A stretch of DNA of 64,000 bases, taken from positions 32,001-96,000 of IMG/VR virus record IMGVR_UViG_3300028048_000061, one strand, 5' to 3'. The stretch is from a virus. Shown here in pieces: positions 39,818 to 46,037 of this stretch (the stretch's first letter is position 1; each line of letters begins with the position of its first letter). The notes beneath the pieces were generated by a model. It saw only the letters and a program-made list of their open reading frames with translations, made no database searches and was not told the DNA's origin. A program made the position numbers and the translations under genes.

Positions 39818-39876
39818 TTTGTCTTTAAATAGGTCATTACTAGTGGCTTAGCAGTAACCTAACTAAAAAAGACAAA
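39818..39876 (-). ncRNA. Long interrupted hairpin downstream of the DUF2828 gene
   Basis: TTTGTCTTT/AAAGACAAA outer stem, TAGGT/ACCTA and TACTG/TAGTA inner stems, loop CTAAGCCAC. Confidence 0.45.
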
Positions 39877-39906
39877 GAAATTACAAAAATGCATAAATAT
39901 GAAAAA

Positions 39907-41418
39907 TTATTTACATACAATAGCATCATAACGTGGAGAGGTAATAGTCTCAACTAAAATATCATAAGGGTTAAGATTATTAGTCATAACCATCTTAAGA
40001 ACATTTTGACTAAAACCACTAACTAACGCAACACCCAATTCATTTTCAACCAAAGGAATTGTTTGGGTTCTTGAATTAACATTCCAAAAAATTAATTTTG
40101 GTAGCGCATATCCTGCGTCAGAATATCTGCGTTTAATTAAATCGAACAATGGTTGAGTCAAGACAGGGTCATCATTTCGCCACATTTTTTGTGCCGCATC
40201 AAACTCCATGTCAGAAATAATGAGAATATTCTTTATCATCTCATTTTGTGGAATACTGTTTTTAATGGCTGTTTGGAGTATAAGATTGAAAACGGCCTCG
40301 ATATTAGTGTTAGACACTTCGCTATGTTTCTTAGCAATTTGGAGTTTTTCATGTAAACTATTGGCATTTGAGAAATCTACAAATTGTGGTTTGCTTGAAA
40401 ATGTAATATACTTGTTTTTGTATACTCCAGAATTATGTTCTGAGGTATAAATCGCAAGAGCATTAGCAACATCAAGAGCTCTTGTATTACCACTAACTTC
40501 TGTAAGCATTGAGCCGCTACCGTCTGCGACAACAAGAGTATCCTCAACCAACACATCTTTAAGATTCTTCCAAGCCAATTCAAGCGCAGGGTCAAAATCT
40601 CCAATATTCCATCTGCTAGCACGATATTTTGAAACAACATCAACTGGTGTAGCAACTTTCATATTAAGTTTGCTTTCACCTTTTGCAACAGAAGAAAGGT
40701 AATCTAATCTTCTTTCCATATCGTGTTTCATAAAGGCGTCTTTGTATTTTAAATTCGCCAAAGATGGAACCTTTTCGTAATCTATTTCACCCCACTTGTT
40801 ATTACACATTTGTGTTTCAACTACGTTAGAATGAGAGCGAAGCTTTGATAACATCAAACGATATTGTCTTGGAGACATATTTAATAACTTCATTAATTGT
40901 CTTGCTAAAGCCTTGGTTTGCCTGCTGCTTGCGTTTTCAGAAGGCATCCATTTACTAAGCAAAGAAATCGGCTTGTTAGATTCGTAATTGTGTATATCCT
41001 CTGCCAATTGGCTGCGAATAATGCTGATAATATATTTATCGCTATCATAGCTAATACCCAGAAGAGATATAAGGTCGTCCCAACGGCCGTATTCTACGAT
41101 ATTATGAAGGTTTAGCCTGAATAAGACATTGTTTAGCTCAAATAATCTTTTATAGCAAATCCTAAACAATCTACGCTCACCTAATCCTTCGCGAATATCT
41201 CTCGCAAAGAATAGCCATTTTAAAGCGTACTCCTTATTTTCCTTGAAGGCCTCGTCAAATAATGCTACGATTTCATCTTCATCGCTATTACGTAGACTAG
41301 CAACCTTATAGTTTATGTCAACAAGTGCAGATTTACTGGATTTATATCCTACTGCCCCATTCTCTGTTAAAGAATAATTATCTTGTTCTTCAAGTTCTTC
41401 TTTGATTAAATGTAACAT
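39907..41418 (-). CDS. DUF2828-family protein (TROVE/Ro60-like helical domain + vWA domain)
   Basis: TENGA, ARDIREGLGERR, YGRWDDL, KWMPSE, IDYEKVPS, VVADGSGSM (MIDAS DxSxS), ITFS, NTN, IISDMEFD, IFWNVN, LVSGFS motifs; RBS GGAGG. Confidence 0.85.
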   Translation of the reverse strand: MLHLIKEELEEQDNYSLTENGAVGYKSSKSALVDINYKVASLRNSDEDEIVALFDEAFKENKEYALKWLFFARDIREGLGERRLFRICYKRLFELNNVLFRLNLHNIVEYGRWDDLISLLGISYDSDKYIISIIRSQLAEDIHNYESNKPISLLSKWMPSENASSRQTKALARQLMKLLNMSPRQYRLMLSKLRSHSNVVETQMCNNKWGEIDYEKVPSLANLKYKDAFMKHDMERRLDYLSSVAKGESKLNMKVATPVDVVSKYRASRWNIGDFDPALELAWKNLKDVLVEDTLVVADGSGSMLTEVSGNTRALDVANALAIYTSEHNSGVYKNKYITFSSKPQFVDFSNANSLHEKLQIAKKHSEVSNTNIEAVFNLILQTAIKNSIPQNEMIKNILIISDMEFDAAQKMWRNDDPVLTQPLFDLIKRRYSDAGYALPKLIFWNVNSRTQTIPLVENELGVALVSGFSQNVLKMVMTNNLNPYDILVETITSPRYDAIVCK

Positions 41419-41457
41419 TATTTAACAACCTCCTAAAAAATTTTTTATAAATGCTAC

Positions 41458-41513
41458 AAAGTGCTTTTTTTAGAATTTCTCCGATTCAATCATTTATTTG
41501 CTGTAAGCACTTT
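41458..41513 (-). ncRNA. Stem unit 3 of the RCAGCAA array
   Basis: Minus strand AAAGTGCTT-ACAGCAAAT...AAGCACTTT-G (9-bp terminal stem). Confidence 0.65.
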
Positions 41514-41526
41514 TTAATTTTGTTTC

Positions 41527-41609
41527 AAGGTGCGTGCTAAAATGACTACATTTCGTAGCCCCTTCATTCATTATTACTCATTGTGCATATTAATTGCTGC
41601 TTGCACCTT
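41527..41609 (-). ncRNA. Stem unit 2 of the RCAGCAA array
   Basis: Minus strand AAGGTGCAA-GCAGCAATT...GCACCTT-G (7-bp terminal stem); internal hairpin GGCTAC-GAAAT-GTAGTC. Confidence 0.6.
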
Positions 41610-41619
41610 TCTACTCACC

Positions 41620-41683
41620 AAGATACTGTGGATATTAATTTTGCAGATTAATTCTATTCAGTAATTTTTGCTGTCAGTATCTT
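41620..41683 (-). ncRNA. Stem unit 1 of the RCAGCAA array
   Basis: Minus strand AAGATACTG-ACAGCAAAA...CAGTATCTT-G (9-bp terminal stem); internal ATTAAT-CTGCAAA-ATTAAT hairpin. Confidence 0.65.
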
Positions 41684-41697
41684 ACATATACTATTAT

Positions 41698-41720
41698 ATT
41701 TTTTATAGTATATAAATGTT
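41698..41720 (-). promoter_or_regulatory. Conserved viral promoter motif (copy 1)
   Basis: AACATTTATATACTATAAAAAAT on the minus strand; identical copies at 58830 and 61873. Confidence 0.8.
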
Positions 41721-41727
41721 TGCATTA

Positions 41728-41809
41728 TGGCACAAGTCGGATTTGAACCGACGAAGCACTAAGCACAAGGTCCTAAACCTTGCATTTTTGACCACTCAAT
41801 CATTGTGCC
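41728..41809 (-). tRNA. trnL: tRNA-Leu(TAG)
   Basis: GGCACAA/TTGTGCC acceptor, CAAGG-TTTAGGA-CCTTG anticodon arm, long variable region, GTCGG-TTCAAAT-CCGAC T arm; no CCA. Confidence 0.9.
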
Positions 41810-41812
41810 AAA

Positions 41813-41884
41813 CAGAGCTAGAGGGATTCGAACCCCCACAAAAGGCTCCGAAGACCTTTATGCTCTCCATTACATCATAGCTCC
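41813..41884 (-). tRNA. trnR: tRNA-Arg(TCG)
   Basis: GGAGCTA/TAGCTCT acceptor, AAGGT-CTTCGGA-GCCTT anticodon arm, TTCGAAT T loop, G discriminator. Confidence 0.9.
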
Positions 41885-41892
41885 AAAAAAAA

Positions 41893-41978
41893 ATGAGACC
41901 ATTGAAACAACATGATAATGCTGTTGTCTAAGCCGGATACTCTCCAAACTTAGTAGCCGCTAAGCCCTATGGTCTCAT
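41893..41978 (-). ncRNA. Multi-branched structured RNA between tRNA-Trp and tRNA-Arg
   Basis: 10-bp perfect outer stem ATGAGACCAT/ATGGTCTCAT enclosing three hairpins, followed by 8 T. Confidence 0.55.
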
Positions 41979-42010
41979 ACATCATGACTGTTGTCTTAAA
42001 GACCCCAGAA

Positions 42011-42081
42011 TGGAAGCTAGAGGAGTCGAACCTCTACTTGTTGGTCTGGAGCCAACCGTACTACCGTTATACTAAGCAACC
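42011..42081 (-). tRNA. trnW: tRNA-Trp(CCA), intronless, with two U-U mismatches in the acceptor stem
   Basis: GTTGG-CTCCAGA-CCAAC anticodon arm, AGAGG-TTCGACT-CCTCT T arm; acceptor GGTTGCT/AGCTTCC. Confidence 0.85.
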
Positions 42082-42085
42082 AAGT

Positions 42086-42118
42086 AAAAAAAATCCCACT
42101 AGCGTAAACTAGTGGGAT
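42086..42118 (-). terminator. Hairpin + U-run upstream of tRNA-Trp
   Basis: ATCCCACTAG-N6-CTAGTGGGAT followed by 7 T on the minus strand. Confidence 0.55.
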
Positions 42119-42255
42119 GGTGTGTTATGAATCTTTTTCTAATAGATGGAAATTAGAAAAAATCTGAAAGAAATTTAACAAGGCCATTTGCCTATGTACT
42201 ACTATAAACTTCGTACACATATATATATAAATATCCTCATATATATAGTTTACGA

Positions 42256-42531
42256 TTATTTGCCTAGCAAACGAATATCCCACATTGTTTCTCTGTTAAA
42301 GAGTCTTTCTTCTTTATCAGTAGAATCGTGAACAATATGATAAAATATTCGATAATTACTTTTCTTGTGACAACAAGAACAAGTATGATATATCTCGTCA
42401 GTAAACAAGAATCTTATTTTCAAAAGAAAAAAAGGCACATAATGGTCGCAGCCACAATAATTACAATGCAAACGATACTTACTAAAAAACCGTCCTTTTT
42501 TAATATTCAAATTTTCAGAAATGTTAATCAC
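42256..42531 (-). CDS. Small Cys-rich (zinc-finger-like) protein
   Basis: CNYCGC ... CSCCH. Confidence 0.5.
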   Translation of the reverse strand: MINISENLNIKKGRFFSKYRLHCNYCGCDHYVPFFLLKIRFLFTDEIYHTCSCCHKKSNYRIFYHIVHDSTDKEERLFNRETMWDIRLLGK

Positions 42532-42535
42532 CCAA

Positions 42536-43066
42536 TTATTCTTCGTATTCTGGGTTAATTAAATCAGATTCATCTTCTTTATATATTTTGTTATGCTGAT
42601 AATCTCCGTTATAGCCATCGGTTTCAGATGTTAATTTGTGTGTAATGGCTTGAACAATACGTTCATTTTTCTCAATTACAAGAGATGCCACTCCTGACAC
42701 CTTTACAGCAAAGATTAAATCACCAGAATATCCAGCATCACCAACAGCAGAATATAGCTCGAGTCCAGCTCTCATCAATGTGCTTCTAGGATAATAAAAT
42801 TGGGCACAATCTTTTGGAATATCTATATGACCACAGTTGATGAAATACTTTTTGCCGGGATTAAGAATATAAGCGCCGTCTAAAACAGGAATCTCAATTA
42901 GTTGCGGAATTATCTTTTGACCTTTGGTAATTCCAAAAACCCCTCTGCTAATATTCTCAGGAAGATAAACTGCTTTTAAACGCAAATCAACTCCATTTGG
43001 AGTAAATTGTTCATCATCAAAATCTTTATATATTTTTCTTAATTCTTTTTCAGCTAAAATTGTCAT
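42536..43066 (-). CDS. dut: Trimeric dUTPase / dCTP deaminase-family protein
   Basis: PNGVDLRL, PRSTLMR, VGDAGYSG, ERIVQ, YNGDYQ motifs. Confidence 0.85.
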   Translation of the reverse strand: MTILAEKELRKIYKDFDDEQFTPNGVDLRLKAVYLPENISRGVFGITKGQKIIPQLIEIPVLDGAYILNPGKKYFINCGHIDIPKDCAQFYYPRSTLMRAGLELYSAVGDAGYSGDLIFAVKVSGVASLVIEKNERIVQAITHKLTSETDGYNGDYQHNKIYKEDESDLINPEYEE

Positions 43067-43068
43067 TC

Positions 43069-43419
43069 TTATACCTCTTTAATATTGCAAATTTCTATGC
43101 CTTTGTTTAAAAATACTAAATTTTCGTTTGTGTTGTATAGTAAAATATAATCATTCAATATTTGTAAAATTATTCCAGTTTCTCCTATTAAGTTTTCTAC
43201 AATATACGTTGCATTATTTTCACTTTGTTTTTCAAAAGGTATTAAATAAGAGACCTTTGGTTCAATAATATAAAGGGTATCATATTTTTCTCCATCAAAA
43301 ACACGTGTTGATGTATTTATCAATACCTTTTTATTAAAGTTTTTAATGCTTTTGCTAATGATATAAACATTTTCAAAGTCAACATCTATCTTGAAAATCT
43401 TATCTAAAGTAATTATCAT
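43069..43419 (-). CDS. Hypothetical protein
   Basis: ORF in operon context. Confidence 0.5.
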   Translation of the reverse strand: MIITLDKIFKIDVDFENVYIISKSIKNFNKKVLINTSTRVFDGEKYDTLYIIEPKVSYLIPFEKQSENNATYIVENLIGETGIILQILNDYILLYNTNENLVFLNKGIEICNIKEV

Positions 43420-43420
43420 A

Positions 43421-43984
43421 TTAATCCTCTAACTTAATCCAATGTGTGAATAAATTTTGTAAAAATTTCTTAATAACTATTCTTCTAGCCATCGCTTCAA
43501 TATGTTCTTCGTTTGTGTTTAGAGAGCTATATTTGTTATAAGCATTTGTGTATACAAAATCATATACTGGATTATAGCGAACTAATTTATGAGATATTCT
43601 CAAAAGCAACTTGTGCAAGTTTTTATTATAATTTTGAGCATTAGGATACATACCAGCATACGCCAATAAATTATTTGATGTATTAAATTTTCTGATGTCC
43701 TTAATCTCACATACTAACTCTGCTGAATCATAAAGATTAATTCCATTAACGTGTCGAAGGAATATGTTATAGATAGGAATTGTCTCTAAAAAACGAGATA
43801 TTTCGTTTCCTACTTCTAACAAAGCCAAATCTAAGGGATTAATCACTTGATTAATTAACTTGTCTTTGCCTTTTTCATTAAATAATTTATTATTTTTGAT
43901 TCTTGAATAATTTGATTTTTTCGATGTATGAAGATTTTTAGAAATATTAATCAATATTTTTAAAGCTTCAATATTCTCGTTCAT
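43421..43984 (-). CDS. IS110 Transposase_20-like (HhH/Tnp) domain-only protein
   Basis: FLRHVNGINLYDSAELVCEIKDIRKFNTSNNLLAYAGMYP matches the IS110 C-terminal domain pattern; no RuvC-like N-terminal domain. Confidence 0.6.
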   Translation of the reverse strand: MNENIEALKILINISKNLHTSKKSNYSRIKNNKLFNEKGKDKLINQVINPLDLALLEVGNEISRFLETIPIYNIFLRHVNGINLYDSAELVCEIKDIRKFNTSNNLLAYAGMYPNAQNYNKNLHKLLLRISHKLVRYNPVYDFVYTNAYNKYSSLNTNEEHIEAMARRIVIKKFLQNLFTHWIKLED

Positions 43985-43996
43985 TGTTACACCTCT

Positions 43997-44263
43997 TTAT
44001 CTTCCGATTTCGTGTCGAATTAAATACCAAAATTCTTCCATAAATGTTAATTTATTCCCCTCTTCTTTTCGTTTTTGCTTGTTTGTTTTTCTATCTTTAA
44101 AGTCATCTTTGTCAAGACCAATCATCTTCATATATTCGGAGACATAAGATGTCGCAACATTAAATTCTCTTCCTATTTCTTCTAAAGTGTATCCTTCTTC
44201 TAAAAATTGTTTTAATTTGTCAACTGGCAATTTTTTGCGTGGTCTAAACTTTCTTTTACTCAT
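43997..44263 (-). CDS. Helix-turn-helix DNA-binding protein
   Basis: LEEGYTLEEIGREFNVATSYVSEYM. Confidence 0.65.
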   Translation of the reverse strand: MSKRKFRPRKKLPVDKLKQFLEEGYTLEEIGREFNVATSYVSEYMKMIGLDKDDFKDRKTNKQKRKEEGNKLTFMEEFWYLIRHEIGR

Positions 44264-44966
44264 TTTTCACACCATTTTCGTATACTTGTTTTAATTCCTT
44301 AATGTTAGCAACCATTGAATTTCCAACGCCTTTGATTTTCAACAAGTCTTCTCTGGAAGCATTTAATACAGCCTCAGGAGAACCAAACTCATCTAATAAC
44401 ATTTTGGCTTTTTGAAAGCCGATATTATCTTGTGCTGCTAAAATTTTAATATCTGGGCGAGCCTTCATTCCTCCACTCAAAGACATAGACTCTAATGCTC
44501 TGCCATGATGTTTAGCAACAGTTTCTGCTATCATAAGAGCTAGCTTTAAATATTGTTTTTCATCAGAAACAAAAAATATAGGCAATTTGTAAAACAACAT
44601 TAAATTGGCCGTCATTTTATCAACAGAGTCCTGAGAAATCCTCCTTAGTGCGGAAACTCTTTGAAGGTCTCGTATATTTCCGTGAACGATGCAAGCATAA
44701 TAATTATATTCAGATAATCGTATCGCTTGGTCTTGAATATGATTGTTTTTAATGTAGCTGCTAACATAATCAGAAAATGATTTTCTTTCGATGTATACTT
44801 TCTCTTGATTTTGAAGCAAGAATACCAAGTCGCCATCTTTAAGTGTTTTAATTTCGGCTATGATATGACGGCCACTAAAAAACGACAAAGCTTTTTTTGC
44901 CATTTTTTGTTCGCGAGAATCTACAAGAACCTTTGATACCAATTGCTTTTTAGTCAGAAATACCAT
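44256..44966 (-). CDS. ERCC4/XPF-family nuclease with tandem HhH motifs
   Basis: VDSRE, GD, IERKS..DY catalytic motifs; NIGFQKA and IKGVGNS HhH motifs; start refined to 44966 (RBS GGAGG). Confidence 0.9.
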   Translation of the reverse strand: MVFLTKKQLVSKVLVDSREQKMAKKALSFFSGRHIIAEIKTLKDGDLVFLLQNQEKVYIERKSFSDYVSSYIKNNHIQDQAIRLSEYNYYACIVHGNIRDLQRVSALRRISQDSVDKMTANLMLFYKLPIFFVSDEKQYLKLALMIAETVAKHHGRALESMSLSGGMKARPDIKILAAQDNIGFQKAKMLLDEFGSPEAVLNASREDLLKIKGVGNSMVANIKELKQVYENGVKNE

Positions 44967-45474
44967 CTCCTCCAAACAAGCTATCCATAGATTGTTGAAT
45001 ATTAACTCGCACCCTATCTCTCCAATCATCGTCTAAATCATTAACAAAGTCTTGATATGATGATGATATTATTTCGTGTAAAAAGTCATAAGTAAGGTCA
45101 TCAATCTTTTTTTGAGTTAAAAAGGGACAGTTTTCCATTACATCATATTTTTGAAAGAATCCAGATTCAGACATATCGCCTGTAAATGCACAAACCCAAC
45201 ATACCCCATTGTCTCTTTTTGCAAAACAATTATTGCATTGTGTTGGGATATCTAACGAAGAACGACTAATATCTATCTTCTCGATATCTTGAAGCCTATC
45301 TTTAATTTGCTTCAATATATCAAATGCAACAACTGCCTTTATTAACTGATATGACATTTCTTGAGTATTTTCTGCAATACTCTTGTCTGTGTTGATATGA
45401 TATACACTAGACATTCCATATTGTTTCTGAATATAATCTAATATAGCGTCCACATCTTTTTTATCATATATCAT
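44950..45474 (-). CDS. Hypothetical protein with a Cys cluster
   Basis: CNNC..CWVC..C; start refined. Confidence 0.5.
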   Translation of the reverse strand: MIYDKKDVDAILDYIQKQYGMSSVYHINTDKSIAENTQEMSYQLIKAVVAFDILKQIKDRLQDIEKIDISRSSLDIPTQCNNCFAKRDNGVCWVCAFTGDMSESGFFQKYDVMENCPFLTQKKIDDLTYDFLHEIISSSYQDFVNDLDDDWRDRVRVNIQQSMDSLFGGDGISD

Positions 45475-45862
45475 CTTGAAGCTCCTTTTGCATTTTCTCA
45501 AATATATAATCAAAATAAAATATTAAAGCCTTTTGTAACTTTAGGCAATTTATGTTTAAATTTAAACCGTACTCCCCCGCCCAAGGAAATGTCTCACATA
45601 CTTTATAAGGAAGCTTGTCGTGAGTGGTGCACAAGTTATGCTCTTCATCAAAATATACACAACCCATCATTTGTCGACAACACCAACCACATTTTGCACA
45701 AGAAAAATAAGAAATATATTCAGGGCTAAAAATTTGAGCATTATTATTAATCACATATTGAATTTTTTTTATTTTCTCGGCTGGTTCTATATCTAAAAAT
45801 TCAAAAGAATAATACTCAATCAACCAGTCAACAAGTTTTTCGTGACTCATCTTCTCTGTCAT
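45464..45862 (-). CDS. YkgJ / CxxCxxCC-family Fe-S or Zn cluster protein
   Basis: FSCAKCGWCCR..C..LCTTHD..P..C.TFPW. Confidence 0.75.
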   Translation of the reverse strand: MTEKMSHEKLVDWLIEYYSFEFLDIEPAEKIKKIQYVINNNAQIFSPEYISYFSCAKCGWCCRQMMGCVYFDEEHNLCTTHDKLPYKVCETFPWAGEYGLNLNINCLKLQKALIFYFDYIFEKMQKELQDDI

Positions 45863-46029
45863 TTTGCTTCCTCTCTCGTTTTATACATTTCTTTTTGCAA
45901 AAAGTGAATGATATTTATAATTTCTTCAATGTCATCAAAATTATCTAATGATTCAGCATATTTTTGCAATATGTGAATAATTTTCTGTAATGTATCAACA
46001 TATATTGTTATAGAACAGCTATTTTTCAT
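45859..46029 (-). CDS. Hypothetical 56-aa protein (not in ORF track)
   Basis: MKNSCSITIYVDTLQKIIHIL...; RBS AGGTGA; ATGA overlap with the next gene. Confidence 0.55.
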   Translation of the reverse strand: MKNSCSITIYVDTLQKIIHILQKYAESLDNFDDIEEIINIIHFLQKEMYKTREEAK

Positions 46030-46037
46030 TTTATCAC

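Noticed and set aside
39845-39851. Loop CTAAGCC complementary to GGCTTAG in the 41.9-kb RNA (possible RNA-RNA contact)
   Set aside because: Only 7 nt; can arise by chance and has no other support.
41458-41683. CRISPR mini-array
   Set aside because: No identical 25-45 bp direct repeats; only a 7-nt motif is shared, and each unit is closed by its own inverted repeat.
41728-42081. tRNA genes as prophage attachment sites / host-virus junction
   Set aside because: No integrase and no duplicated tRNA 3' end seen; gene style and promoter motifs are continuous on both sides.
43421-43984. Active IS110 insertion sequence
   Set aside because: Too short, lacks the RuvC-like domain and the SG loop, and is tightly packed between neighbours with no non-coding ends.
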